IMG/VR virus record: IMGVR_UViG_3300037483_000076 | Location: 1-64,000 of that record | From: a virus | Direction: 5' to 3' (one strand) | DNA: 64,000 bases | In this document: one piece after another, positions 31,201 through 39,610 of the stretch | Layout: every line of letters starts with the position of its first letter | How positions within the stretch are numbered: the first letter of the stretch is position 1 | Made by a program: the position numbers and the translations under genes | The notes under the pieces: generated by a model | What the model was told of the DNA's origin: nothing | The model's database searches: none | Seen by the model: only the letters and a program-made list of their open reading frames with translations

Positions 31201-33910
31201 ATATGGTGAGCAAGGTGCTATATATCAGGTTTTACTAAATCAATATACTACATTATTAGATGTTGTAGATAGTGCAATTAGAGCTAATGATATTAAATCA
31301 GTGGATATTTATTTAGAAGAAGCTAAAACTATTGAATATAAGTTAATTGAATCTGAAATTTACCATAATGGATTATCAGAAATACAAGATGAAATAGTTG
31401 TGCAAAAAGAATTGATAAAAGAAATATTAATTAAGAATGAAGTACTTCCAACAATTGATGACTTTAGGACATGGGGAATTGAGAAGCAACAGACAAGAAA
31501 AGCCTTACAGAATCATTTACTTGATAATTATAGGGGTATCCTTCTCAGTGAGCATAATTTTACTTACGCTAGCATTCCTCTTGGAACAATAACTAACAAA
31601 TTAAAAACTTTATCTAGTAGTATAACTCCTATTGAAGAAACTAAACCTCTCTGGCAATTAGGTGCTGTAGCACAAGCTAGAATTAAGTATAAATACTCTG
31701 GTGGTAAAGGAGGGGTAGGTCCAGAATCTCTTAACAACGTACATCATATCATGTGTCAAGTTGCTGGAGTATCCTTTAACTATAATGTAGGATTAGGTAA
31801 AGTTGATGAAGATGGTAATACATCTCTACATGATATAGATAGTTTACCAGAAGAAGATGGTCAAATAATAGCTATATCAGACTGGTTATCAGCTTTGATT
31901 GATGCTCACGTTGATATCGCAAAAGACCCTTATATTATTAACTTAAATGTTGTAAGTGATACATATGATGTAGCTAACTTATTAGTTCGTATAGGTATGG
32001 GATCTAAAACATTTCAATTCTTACCACAACCTATTCTTAAAGAATTAGTTCACGAACTTGATAGTGAAAAAGGTGAGATAAAAGTATCTAGTGTAACTAA
32101 ACCTATAGATAAAATTAGAGAGAAATATGAGAAATTAGCTGGGAAAACTAGAGTAGGAAGTGGTTATAATCCTTTCAATGATGATTTAGTTGGATTAATT
32201 ACTCTGGATAAATCAGAGAGGAATGAGATGTGGCATGCTAAACAATTAGCTATACTTAATTTATTTGATACTCTAGATAAAGGTGCTGGCAAACAGTTAA
32301 ATGGACTAGTAATGTCTTCTAGGGTTGATACAAAGAAATATGCTACTGATTTAATATCTAATGAATTATACATCCAGGCAATGAAGGATATGTATAAGGA
32401 GGATAACTTCACTAATTTAGATAAGCTATTAGGATTTGATCCAGAAAATGAACTATCTACACAATCTGATTATAGTACATTCTTAGGAACATATTATAAT
32501 AATGGTCCTGCAATGTTAAGACAATTATTTGGTAATAAGAGTATTACTGGCACTAAGTCATTTCAAACCGCTCTCTATAGAATAGGTAATTTAGCTGGTA
32601 TAACTAAGTTTACTAAAGATAGGAAGGGTAAGTTAAATAGGATTGGTGATGAAATATACTCAGCGTTAATGGGTAAGTTCTTTACAGAAGAAATAGGATT
32701 AACTGAGGATGATGTAAAAACTATCATGACTAGTGTCCCAGCTTTTGTAAGAGATGTAAAGACTAAACATCCTGAATTATCTGAGAATGTATTAATGGAG
32801 TCACTTGTAAAAGGATTAGAAACTATTGATGATCTAACATTTACTGGTATACCATCTATCAAATCTGACGATAATAGAGAAGATTATATGTTTGCTTGGA
32901 AAGAATTGCTACAATCTAATAATAAAGATGTAGTAAGTTTTGCTAAGAGATTATATGTATATTCATATTATACATCTGGATACAGACAAGGACTATTTAG
33001 TTTATTTCAATATGTACCTGTTGATCTACATATGAAGTTTCAAATGAATGACTTAGAAGTTAGTTTTAAAGACTATGCTGCTAAATTACTTGAAACTATG
33101 AGTGATGAAGAAAAAGGTGGAATTGAATTAGGTGACGTAGCTAATACTATATTTAAGAATAATTGGATGAATACATCCTTTACTCCTAGAGTATACGAAA
33201 GAGCCATAAGTGCTCCTATTACTATTGGTAAAGATAAGGATAAACAAACTATTGGATCTACTATATTTACTAGAAAGAAGAATCCTAAGACAGGTAAATG
33301 GGAAGTTAATGTAGCTAAAGTTGGGAATAATGCAGATGGTAATCCTATTTATCAGCCCACTATACTGTATCAAATTGATAAAGATAATAGTATTCTTATG
33401 GAATACATAGGATTTATTGATGATAAGTGGCAAACTCCTGTATATAAAGCTATTCAGAAATTAGGTTATAATAATAAAGGTAGGAGAATTGTTGAATATG
33501 GGTTCACTAAATCTATAATTAAACGTAATAATAGTATTAAAGAAATTGATGATAGTAAATTTATGAGTTTAATAAAAGATAAGAGTGCTTATAGTGACTT
33601 TGTATATATACCTATGGAAAGTAGGGTAGTTGTAGAAATGCCTATTATAGGCTCACCACAAGAAGATACTACTGAAAAGACTTATACTGTCACTGAAGAT
33701 AGATCGTTGAATGTAGGGGCTGAAAATAGCCTAGAATCAAGTCCTATTACTCAAGAACAACTAGATGCTATTAATGAACAATTAAAGAATTCAAGTCCAT
33801 TTAATACTGTAGGGACAACTGTTGAAATAGATTACTTCACTCCTATTACAATGGATGAATGGAATAGTATGACAAAAGATGAACAAGATAACCTATTAAA
33901 CTGCTTATAA
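22241..33910 (+). CDS. Virion-packaged DNA-dependent RNA polymerase polyprotein with zincin-like domain
   Basis: 3889 aa; GYRIPTQ and TGSDFDIDKL (DxDxD at 30965-30979), TDAQVFI, LIDAHVDIAKDP; HEAFH...EEFLAEEF at 26675. Confidence 0.93.
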   Translation: MPIDIYDIEQTPVSDRYKTQYDEQFETLPEMSLSVDRSKYDEGYIYNETDPYKSLNKQRASNQSTFAQFGSALNQAVVGEVIGGTIEGLGYLLDVEQYANLAKGTEQEFGNWFSDIGKGLRTWSEEETPIYVDPDQDAFAPNKASWWMSNIPSVASTLSLIIPSAGVVRGLSLLGKATKIGEEMGLATRWAAKGLTQAVVSRHMENVMEASGTFNELYEEGLSEGLNDVDAKRKASIGAANSYEMNWVMLAQDIPQYLLLNRAFSKASLDNTIATARAMGKSVAPVFGKKGAAITWDMLTEGGEEAYQYIVGEEAKYQAQKAFDPSIESSFADRLDKYSRNGELWTSAFFGALGAGVTQTAGKAINKLTQGIKDPRVEDIRSWGSQFSYWNQRLKEAQESEDELSERYIKDNLWSTIGTKSASVGNTRNAMDFLEAMQNPTKEDLETFGVNEDDLKVFKSEIPKGVQQLKRIGELYNFNSKKYEPNRAALVTQLQSQLENGVKHREELVRKINQKKQELNYLDDLYKTPFIAEYVTDKTEYLNLKKSIKLFEKLSSNERTPEREKTAYAEALNRSKKELEVLDKKLKDTRSSFDSKIEKGDSEEVKSTKKAKQEILAQIDKITAPALDEYMSTKQQLDLFDNHIKSLQKSLFDIESGKSISTKEERDNYAEQKATEKAEAKQYLPTIDDLVEDDNGVYKVISENDEDDTIELHQLDEKGEMIPGSPTKIVPRASVSIYAKKGDKEALDSTEPLNDIDIPEDIKKPDYEPKRGLKSIAEVITYRGVNYNEQTGKFTTDTRNAELDNYISNPTNTLEGDEVSMSIDTNTTFSRFWNINKSIKDKLDKGEFLTTEEANKLLNSSHLVSGKEVYDQVVDKMPIQVAYKTKEGKEFKGGIYYHDTDYVDKHLIIPEAVTNVEEYKTKEKELVRDTRRKILYTLLTGNNVVMSNVKRTQGIPNNTKNKNNIAEILKQDSNKIELGIVDSTTHAWTSDGNYLSSGKLPYKGYAGNVMFTTDKTCDGTRGAIKANISKLSPEHAEILWDAIYLKNKKGSGGSQLQFIDDRIKGLTVGEVINLLVLEGSRLTNPSHPENANRNMKHLEEKKLYIEKGFLHFGTEVINLSGLYKGLGDINKDKARFIEWATKNKNYIVSKKPFGKTGPNTNSSLNREYKLGSWEATKKDTQSGILIKYNAITTDVEEFEDTGSLYHAPVVIIDPKSLKAVPGMKAKSTAKKATTQVNAVQVKESKKESHKVKPNTEGLIVIRDKNIDLDDTLIPNLSNESVVYNISSTKYEVSAGVYETETKQDKLFEIQDGKYLLFSKALRDTLGLEMSGESEAVEITDTITTRINRFLSRQANVQVDTKNTKESIVEEVKELSKVETNKEEDVVIPEDYDPTLTFENKGGFGSALADMLVPSTTPIKYTKWNQKKELGWLSDKLGDVPVEVIDGLIYIAKGNKKAFGQLQRDSILLSNVALSGTTYHEAFHRVSMLYLEESTRQALYTEARSRYKLKDSTDKEVEEFLAEEFRTYVITQENMTVLGKIGKFFKELYQLVKSVFTGNKSLEESDIDKLFNGIQGGKFKYNKVLSDNLAKWIDNPNLEYRDTQLHQIDSYKYFKQIVKGLSAELLSGVREKLFREATSKYEVIGVIESVEQIDFDKLKNSIQTGQVGHYTKLAKSNLALIDMFNKGQISTELASLLKDRYKTDNMNQIKENVSQEASNATKIKDLYKEVIEHFDDIYKPAITDYIYSELSIKKLEDGEQDEEIGNEIVKFDKSAYEYSAKENMQSSIKFLVSNLKLSDKRNAVTGLVEIAPMGEVWSKLLTNLSHLDTVEDMIKVLDVIGDTNGYQPYKDLSKYLKMSSELTRTQFQTTMKQHRHTFINTIVEVTDNDGQLNYEFRFMDADLHSASQMLLKEWTENFIKSDFFSQDKFNDKGFKKLQDDYNKALKLFRDDIKGSIEVEQSDYNKHLDRFTELFNRLGININKETLALGATDIIEVGQASNKEEALYKLMSADLSYIFSNDSSIQQFINKKIDDSKKVLSNEKIVDKLAELYSIVNPMDLSDTVLGPEGNKHYKYSLPTYVTDIVKKLREDPDFKEKLLKDPFNRGSYILNGDTSNLSIGTFNTILINNTGDEGRDYLSMSPTEDFLYKLSATRAGYFMLPTLADRKTYPPIKGVNLPEIKYEIGPNGPVLPEWVLDIYFNYAKAERDRITTAQQFIEDSKVSDEKYKSLSDTQKNRLSLYQEGGKDKYIDVEKLVENYHYKTSGKFVIIDAEKNIFSKPNSLRHILFPTLEGKKEEDFRNQIRKDLKQRIDDTFNEAKTLNILDNNTNFLLNQAIVTKLTNEFNGDTKLALSSIIADFEIKTQIASIETMMLFMGDVAFYKSGEIKNKEGKVVGSSPFEEYVKRLSVVTSSGGLLRREVPGEFENTQYNVTTLYDQELTSAWYDILYKKQEEILNKKYTDKEYVKKLLTNLLRDYKGNINPTDAQVFISPEMHREIAIRKGEWSDKKQIAYELLQSDEKLTPEQEQDSLNVVMQPLKYVYFDRLSEDTTSTDSLMIPTYDKMSMATLFRRFTKGTQLDELLDRMEGVGRYQGSDKIHMVKFESAVKVGKRRRINLLENTEGGKLDITKPTKITDLSNASTYKQNFEYLRHQVVTDPHDTEDTLFGSQVKKVPQGNVLQDADYTINGESVKGKDVLNAINKSLGLLSDKGITKLLNKLGVDKDGIIDEELFYKTLQDEATKAGMPETVIEYLRKVDNKGNHIPIDLLPDRKWIYQRLISLVNKHGIDLKLPGNQLVQQSGFASGNLDSTFKDKSNNLRFLFNDNGEIKGVEAAVSVQLFKSVIPDYKNKSYQEKVDWLKSNEGVLEGLGYRIPTQGQNSTVPITVAQFLPENIGDVIVLPNEFTALTGSDFDIDKLFFVRYNYTTDKEGVAHKVSMSTGTTKKDVQDRYNNLAMEIFDDAPIIDNESHIKLLYLKKSRFEFKGKNADLYGEQGAIYQVLLNQYTTLLDVVDSAIRANDIKSVDIYLEEAKTIEYKLIESEIYHNGLSEIQDEIVVQKELIKEILIKNEVLPTIDDFRTWGIEKQQTRKALQNHLLDNYRGILLSEHNFTYASIPLGTITNKLKTLSSSITPIEETKPLWQLGAVAQARIKYKYSGGKGGVGPESLNNVHHIMCQVAGVSFNYNVGLGKVDEDGNTSLHDIDSLPEEDGQIIAISDWLSALIDAHVDIAKDPYIINLNVVSDTYDVANLLVRIGMGSKTFQFLPQPILKELVHELDSEKGEIKVSSVTKPIDKIREKYEKLAGKTRVGSGYNPFNDDLVGLITLDKSERNEMWHAKQLAILNLFDTLDKGAGKQLNGLVMSSRVDTKKYATDLISNELYIQAMKDMYKEDNFTNLDKLLGFDPENELSTQSDYSTFLGTYYNNGPAMLRQLFGNKSITGTKSFQTALYRIGNLAGITKFTKDRKGKLNRIGDEIYSALMGKFFTEEIGLTEDDVKTIMTSVPAFVRDVKTKHPELSENVLMESLVKGLETIDDLTFTGIPSIKSDDNREDYMFAWKELLQSNNKDVVSFAKRLYVYSYYTSGYRQGLFSLFQYVPVDLHMKFQMNDLEVSFKDYAAKLLETMSDEEKGGIELGDVANTIFKNNWMNTSFTPRVYERAISAPITIGKDKDKQTIGSTIFTRKKNPKTGKWEVNVAKVGNNADGNPIYQPTILYQIDKDNSILMEYIGFIDDKWQTPVYKAIQKLGYNNKGRRIVEYGFTKSIIKRNNSIKEIDDSKFMSLIKDKSAYSDFVYIPMESRVVVEMPIIGSPQEDTTEKTYTVTEDRSLNVGAENSLESSPITQEQLDAINEQLKNSSPFNTVGTTVEIDYFTPITMDEWNSMTKDEQDNLLNCL
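24464..24557. repeat. Dispersed ~95-bp phased-GC pseudo-palindromic element, copy 1 (inside RNAP gene)
   Basis: GC at 24476 and 24544 (GC-N66-GC); left arm on - strand CGTTGAATCTAGAGCTTCT resembles the 40.7 kb arms. Confidence 0.55.
27306..27397. repeat. Dispersed element, copy 2 (inside RNAP gene)
   Basis: GC at 27317 and 27386 (one nt longer spacing), outer patches GCAC and GCC. Confidence 0.45.
33640..33731. repeat. Dispersed element, copy 3 (inside RNAP gene)
   Basis: Right arm ATAGATCGTTGAATGTAGGGGCT nearly identical to the 40.7 kb left arm read on - strand; GC at 33651 and 33719. Confidence 0.65.
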
Positions 33911-33911
33911 T

Positions 33912-36900
33912 ATGAACAAATGTGTTAACAAATCTTCAAAAGAGTTCATTGAACTAGTTAGACAATCTGGTTTAAATCCAGCTATATTAGCAGCTAAGAT
34001 GGGTGCATACATGACATCCAAAGATACTGATGAGTGGCCTAGTTTGGAAGAATTAGGTATTGCTCCAGCTATTAACCCTATTAGTCTAGAAGAAGTATTA
34101 GAAAAATATCCTGAATTAACAGAAACTACTACTGAGGAAGAGACTCTTATTTCAGATTTATCTAATCCAGATAGACTTACAGCTCTTAAAGAACAGATGA
34201 TTAAGTCATTAGAGGCTAGATATGAAAGAAATAGACGATTTAAGAATGCTTCTAGAGATGATCTTATTAAACAAGAAGAACTTATTAAAAAGATTAATGA
34301 GTTAGAGACTAAACAATCTATTGCTTTATTTATAGAACAAGCTAGTCAGTCTACTAATAAAGTATTTAATACTTGGAAAGATCAATATAGAGATAAAGTA
34401 AATGCTATAATTAGTGGGAAATCTGATAAATCCCTTAAAGATGTACTTAAGCCAGGGTTATTATACATATGGAAAGATTATATATCTACATATGATGATA
34501 TGGATGACTATGTTAATTATATGACAGAAAACGGGTTAATTGACATAGATTCCGAAGAACATAAGAAACTATTACTAGTAAGTAAGAAAAAAGATACTAT
34601 TAAGTCATTATACACTACATATGGGCAACAGATATTAGCTGAGGAATTAACTCCTTATTATAATGAGATTTATAAGAAGTTTGAGAATAACAAACGTAAA
34701 GTATATAGGTCATTACCAGAAGTTGAAAAAGCTAAATATACTGAAGAGCAGTATATAGATATGCAAAAAGATTTAGAAGCCACTAATCTTAGACAACAGA
34801 CTATTAATCTATTACAAGGAGAGCTTATTACAGCATCTAAAGATATAGGTTATATGACTAGATGGTTTGCTAGTGCATTAGAAACTAGTGACCCTATATT
34901 TGCAGCATTAGTAGAGAAGTTTCAGTTTAAAGAAATAGAACGTAGGACTGAGAAGATATTACCTATGCGAGAAAAGTTAGTTCATTCTCTTCGTAGATTG
35001 GAAGAATATGCTAAAAGTAAAACTAACTTTAAACAGTTATATAATTCTATCTTAGAAAAAGATGAGAAAGGTAATTTAACTGGTAAACATGTTGATCGTT
35101 TTGGTAGTGCCTTCTGGAGTGCATATGATAAATTTAAAGCAGATACTGCTGCTAATATTAAATTAGACGATGATGAGAGGGGTAAGGAGATTAAAGCTTG
35201 GTTAAATAAGAACGCTCCTCTTAGACGTACAGAGTTTAATACAGATAAGTGGATTAATATAGATGCTCTTCATAAAGAAGGAGTGATATCTGATGAAGAA
35301 TTAGCTGTATTAGAAGAGAATGAAATGACATATGATTTCCAATCTTATTGGGATCTAAAGGAATCTGGACGATTAAGTGCTGAAACATCTAAAATTCTAT
35401 CTGATTGGCAATTTGATAATATATGGAACTACAGAGATCCAGATGCTAAATGGTCTAGTAAAAATAAGTCATGGTATGAGTTTAAACGATTACCAAAACA
35501 TGATTCAACAGTAGAATTATTTGATTTATTACTGGAGATTAAGAACGAAGCAAATGAGTTACTTCCTCCTTCAATGAGATTAAAACATGGAGATCTACCA
35601 AATATACTTGCTAGTAATGAGGAAAGATTGGTAGATGGAGATGTAATGGGAGCATTTAAGAATGCTATAGCTAGACAACTTGATGTTCTAGTCGACGATG
35701 ATACTAGAGGTAATCAACCTTTAGAGGATGCCCAAGGTAATAAGATACATATGGTTCCTATCTATTATACTGGTAAAACTAATACTAAAGTAGGTGATGA
35801 ATGGCAATATGATCCGACTAAACAATCTTATGATTTAGCTAGTATATTCTTTAGATATTACGATATGGCTACTCTACATAATATCAGAAATGAGATGAAA
35901 GTAGAAGCTGAAATGGCTAAGTATTTTGTTCAAAATAGAGATATAACTTTAATTGATGATAAAGGTAATCCTGTTAAGAAAACAAAAGGTCAAGTAACTA
36001 AAGGTACTAATCAAACTCAAGAAAAACTTAAGAATAGAGTAGCTGAACAATTAACTGATTGGATAGAAGAAAATATATATGGTATTAAAGAATTAGGATT
36101 AGGTCAAGCTAATATCCTTGGATTAAAGGTTGATAATGCTAAGGCAGCTAAATTACTAAGTAAGTATACATCACTTAGTGTAATGGCATTAAACTTTAAA
36201 ACTGCCGTATCCAACGTAATGATGGGTGAGATGCAACAAATAGGTGAGTCGTTTGCTGGTCAACATATGACAAAGAAATCACTTCATAAAGCTACTATAA
36301 TGTATGATAAGAATTTTGCTGGAATAGTTGCTGATACTACATCTAGACTTCCTAAAAATATAGTTTCTTTATTAGATGAAGAATTTCAAATTAGTATGGA
36401 ATCATTAGATCCTAAGTTTAAAGATAGTAATAGAATTAAACAAGTTGCTAAAACTAGTTCCTTATATGTAATGCTTAGAATGGGTGATCACTGGATGAAA
36501 AATAGATTCTTCTTAGGTATGTTAAATGAGAAGAAAGCTTATGATAAGAATGGAGTAGAATTAGGTAGTATCCTTGATATGTATACTGCTAAAGATAGTA
36601 AGTTAATACTAGATTCTAGAGTTGATTTAGATAAGTCTAAGTGGAATAAGGAAGATAAGTATAGATTTACTATGAAAGTACAAGGAGTACTATCTGGTAT
36701 ACATCAAGAAATATCTCCATTAGGTAGAGCTGCTGCTGAACGTAATGCTCTATTAGGATTAGCTTTATTATTCCGTAAATTCATTGCACCAGGAGTAGCA
36801 CGTAGATATAAGAAAAAATCTTATGTAGAACGAGTAGGTGATTACACTGAAGGATATTATAGAACTACAGGTAGATTCTTTAATAACATAAGAAAAGAAC

Positions 36901-37361
36901 TTAAGATTTACAAATTTGCTGTGTTATCAGAAAATTGGAGTAAGTTAACTAAAGAAGAGAAGTCTAATATAATTCGTACAGCTAATGATGTAGCTTTCTT
37001 AGCAATAGCTATAGCAATGACTGTGTTACTATCTGGTGGAGACGATGATGACGATAATGCTTGGATTACAGATTTTACTATTTATCAGATGACACGATTC
37101 CAAACAGAAATCTTATTCTTTACACCAAAAATTGATGAAACAATGACATTACTTAGATCACCATTTGCATCACTGCAAGTAGTAGAAAATATAGGTAAGT
37201 TATTATATCAATTATCTGATAATCCAACTGAAGTATATGTGAGAGGACCTTGGAAGGGACGACTTAAAATAGAGAAACCATTCTTTAGTTTAATACCAGT
37301 TATGAAAGGATTTTATTCAACTAGAGATATTAAAGAACAAACTAAGTTCTTAAACCAATAA
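33912..37361 (+). CDS. Large internal virion (cargo) protein
   Basis: 1149 aa helical; N-terminal KCVNKSSKEF, FRKFIAPG..RRY, EGYYRT, hydrophobic segment followed by GDDDDD. Confidence 0.7.
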   Translation: MNKCVNKSSKEFIELVRQSGLNPAILAAKMGAYMTSKDTDEWPSLEELGIAPAINPISLEEVLEKYPELTETTTEEETLISDLSNPDRLTALKEQMIKSLEARYERNRRFKNASRDDLIKQEELIKKINELETKQSIALFIEQASQSTNKVFNTWKDQYRDKVNAIISGKSDKSLKDVLKPGLLYIWKDYISTYDDMDDYVNYMTENGLIDIDSEEHKKLLLVSKKKDTIKSLYTTYGQQILAEELTPYYNEIYKKFENNKRKVYRSLPEVEKAKYTEEQYIDMQKDLEATNLRQQTINLLQGELITASKDIGYMTRWFASALETSDPIFAALVEKFQFKEIERRTEKILPMREKLVHSLRRLEEYAKSKTNFKQLYNSILEKDEKGNLTGKHVDRFGSAFWSAYDKFKADTAANIKLDDDERGKEIKAWLNKNAPLRRTEFNTDKWINIDALHKEGVISDEELAVLEENEMTYDFQSYWDLKESGRLSAETSKILSDWQFDNIWNYRDPDAKWSSKNKSWYEFKRLPKHDSTVELFDLLLEIKNEANELLPPSMRLKHGDLPNILASNEERLVDGDVMGAFKNAIARQLDVLVDDDTRGNQPLEDAQGNKIHMVPIYYTGKTNTKVGDEWQYDPTKQSYDLASIFFRYYDMATLHNIRNEMKVEAEMAKYFVQNRDITLIDDKGNPVKKTKGQVTKGTNQTQEKLKNRVAEQLTDWIEENIYGIKELGLGQANILGLKVDNAKAAKLLSKYTSLSVMALNFKTAVSNVMMGEMQQIGESFAGQHMTKKSLHKATIMYDKNFAGIVADTTSRLPKNIVSLLDEEFQISMESLDPKFKDSNRIKQVAKTSSLYVMLRMGDHWMKNRFFLGMLNEKKAYDKNGVELGSILDMYTAKDSKLILDSRVDLDKSKWNKEDKYRFTMKVQGVLSGIHQEISPLGRAAAERNALLGLALLFRKFIAPGVARRYKKKSYVERVGDYTEGYYRTTGRFFNNIRKELKIYKFAVLSENWSKLTKEEKSNIIRTANDVAFLAIAIAMTVLLSGGDDDDDNAWITDFTIYQMTRFQTEILFFTPKIDETMTLLRSPFASLQVVENIGKLLYQLSDNPTEVYVRGPWKGRLKIEKPFFSLIPVMKGFYSTRDIKEQTKFLNQ

Positions 37362-37381
37362 GACAAACTTTATAAAATGAT

Positions 37382-37419
37382 AAAGGGATTACTGCCTCAA
37401 CACAGTAGTCCCTTTTTTA
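37382..37419. terminator. Terminator between the convergent gene blocks (clear U-tract on +, possibly bidirectional)
   Basis: AAAGGGATTACTG-CCTCAACA-CAGTAGTCCCTTTTTT. Confidence 0.85.
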
Positions 37420-37425
37420 TTTAAC

Positions 37426-38559
37426 TTAATCAAACTTTAATAAGAAATCTGGATTAATTACTTTAAATGAAAGTAATTTCTTACCATTCTCAATACACCT
37501 AACTACTATACCTTCTCTAGGAATATCTGCTAATACAGATTTACCTTTACTAAATTCAACTAGTTCTTGAACTGTTGAACCTAATTCTGAAAGTTTACAT
37601 TTTTTAATTAAAGGTACTCTTTCTAATTTATTATCTCCACAAAATTTAGTAATTTCATCATAGTCATAAAAATAATTTGTAACATAGTCAATAATATTAA
37701 ATACCCACATCTTTGTAGTATTTAGTTTATACTTATTTCCCTGTACTTGAGGAGCACCTTGCTCACCTTGGATTGTTAATGAGTTATATTTTTCCCTAAT
37801 TAATAGTTTCTCAATGCTATATTTATTAGCAATTTGTTGGTATAAACTATTCTTACTATTGTTAACAAAGTTTCTACTACATACTATAAATTTAAACTTC
37901 TTTGGTAAGAATTTACCAATTATTGGTATAGTATTAGGAATCATTTTACCAGTAAACGTAACACTCTGGTAATCTATTTTCTCAGTAACATATACTTCAT
38001 TATCTGCAAATTGGTGTAATACTTGAGGAATATTTTGAATACGTTCTTCATCAGTTTTACTTACCCAATATGGAAATCCAGACTTTTGTTTCTTAGTAAG
38101 AAATAATTTTCTAAACCAAGAATATCTCATCATAAACTTCTTAAGTCTATTCTTTTCTAACTTAATCTTCTCTTCTTCTCTCTGTAATTCAGATTGTTCA
38201 AAAGGAGATAAGTACTTAGTTATACCTAATTCTTCAGTTACATCAGATCCTATAGAACATTTATCGTTTCTTTTTACTGTCCAATCTTTAGGTAATGATA
38301 GGATTAAACCTTGACTAACTTGTCCTCTAAGTTTAATAGTTTTAACTCTGAATTTCCTATCTCTAAGGAATTCGTATTCTGGTTTTTCAGGCATTACAGA
38401 ATCTACTTCTACATAGATTACTTTGTCACCTACTTTAAAACCATCTGTTTTTGCTACAACACATTGCCAACCAAGTACAGTAGCTACTTCAATCTTATCA
38501 GCTCCTTCAATTGGAGATAAACTAAGTATCTGTTCAATATGTGCTAATTTTCTATCCAT
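37426..38559 (-). CDS. RNA ligase, DRB0094/Rnl5-like family
   Basis: RKLAHIE..PIEGADKIE.A...GWQCVV OB domain, LRGQVSQG, KTDEERIQN, TEKID, REGIV, SFKVINPDFLLK. Confidence 0.88.
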   Translation of the reverse strand: MDRKLAHIEQILSLSPIEGADKIEVATVLGWQCVVAKTDGFKVGDKVIYVEVDSVMPEKPEYEFLRDRKFRVKTIKLRGQVSQGLILSLPKDWTVKRNDKCSIGSDVTEELGITKYLSPFEQSELQREEEKIKLEKNRLKKFMMRYSWFRKLFLTKKQKSGFPYWVSKTDEERIQNIPQVLHQFADNEVYVTEKIDYQSVTFTGKMIPNTIPIIGKFLPKKFKFIVCSRNFVNNSKNSLYQQIANKYSIEKLLIREKYNSLTIQGEQGAPQVQGNKYKLNTTKMWVFNIIDYVTNYFYDYDEITKFCGDNKLERVPLIKKCKLSELGSTVQELVEFSKGKSVLADIPREGIVVRCIENGKKLLSFKVINPDFLLKFD

Positions 38560-38570
38560 ATTATAAAAAT

Positions 38571-38603
38571 AAAAAAGGAGCTACTACCTCAATAGTAACT
38601 CCT
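38571..38603 (-). terminator. Intrinsic terminator
   Basis: Minus strand AGGAGTTACTA-TTGAGG-TAGTAGCTCCT then T-run. Confidence 0.75.
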
Positions 38604-38626
38604 CTAATTAACTTAATCTATGATCT

Positions 38627-39577
38627 TTAATTTAGTTGTATATCACTTACTTCAAATGCATTATCATCTGGTGTAGGATAACTACTTAGTAAATCATGTA
38701 ATTCCATTATTTCATCTGCTGGAGATATAAATCCAACAGAACGTTTCATTTCAAGAGGACTAGATATAGTAATATCTATAACTTCTCCAGTTCTTTCAAA
38801 TGTTAGTTGTGACGCAATTACATCTCGAATAATATGTCTTATTCTATCTATTGACATATTTTTATGACCTTTTAACTTAGTCATAAGTAATTCTGTATCT
38901 AATTTACTTCTATAGGATTCTGGAATAAGATTATTAACAATAGTTGCTAACACAATATCATCATTAAATGTAAATTCAAATATCTTTTCAAATCTACTAG
39001 GTCTATCATGTATAAAAGATGGGAGTTGCGAAGTATCATTTACAGTAGCTATAATAATTACATTATCTCGTTCTTTAGCTCCACTTAAAAATGATAACAT
39101 ATCTGTATCATATGATCTAAATGTTTTTTCAAACTCATCCATTATAAGTATTATCTTTCTATCTGGATCATCTGATCGTACTCCATCAATAATAGTACTG
39201 TAATCACCAGATTTAGTAGCTAATATACCTACAGCATCATATTGGTCACATAGTTCTTCGGCAATTTGTCCTGCAAGAAAAGTTTTTCCTACTCCAGGTT
39301 CACCATTAAACATTACACCTAATTTATTCTTCATACCAAGAATACTACGAGCTTGAACCATAGATTCAGAAAAGAAGTCATTGAGAAATGTTCTAGCTTC
39401 TTTAAATATACCATGATTAACTAAAGTACCTTTTTTATAATCATTGTTCTTAGAGAACATTGGTGGAGCATTCTGAGATAGAGTAATATTGTACATACCT
39501 TTCTCTAATCTTTTCATAGTACTACTAGAAGAGTGTCCTAATAGTACAAAATCATTTGTTTCATTTAGTAAAAACAT
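38627..39577 (-). CDS. AAA+ ATPase
   Basis: GEPGVGKT, ILIMDEFEK, ATVN, DRPSRF. Confidence 0.9.
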   Translation of the reverse strand: MFLLNETNDFVLLGHSSSSTMKRLEKGMYNITLSQNAPPMFSKNNDYKKGTLVNHGIFKEARTFLNDFFSESMVQARSILGMKNKLGVMFNGEPGVGKTFLAGQIAEELCDQYDAVGILATKSGDYSTIIDGVRSDDPDRKIILIMDEFEKTFRSYDTDMLSFLSGAKERDNVIIIATVNDTSQLPSFIHDRPSRFEKIFEFTFNDDIVLATIVNNLIPESYRSKLDTELLMTKLKGHKNMSIDRIRHIIRDVIASQLTFERTGEVIDITISSPLEMKRSVGFISPADEIMELHDLLSSYPTPDDNAFEVSDIQLN

Positions 39578-39610
39578 ATACGTTAATTTTGTTAAATTTG
39601 TAATTGTAAT

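Noticed and set aside
16000-33433. Short antisense or out-of-frame ORFs inside the tail, cargo and RNAP genes
   Set aside because: Fully nested in well-supported genes, no motifs; shadow ORFs
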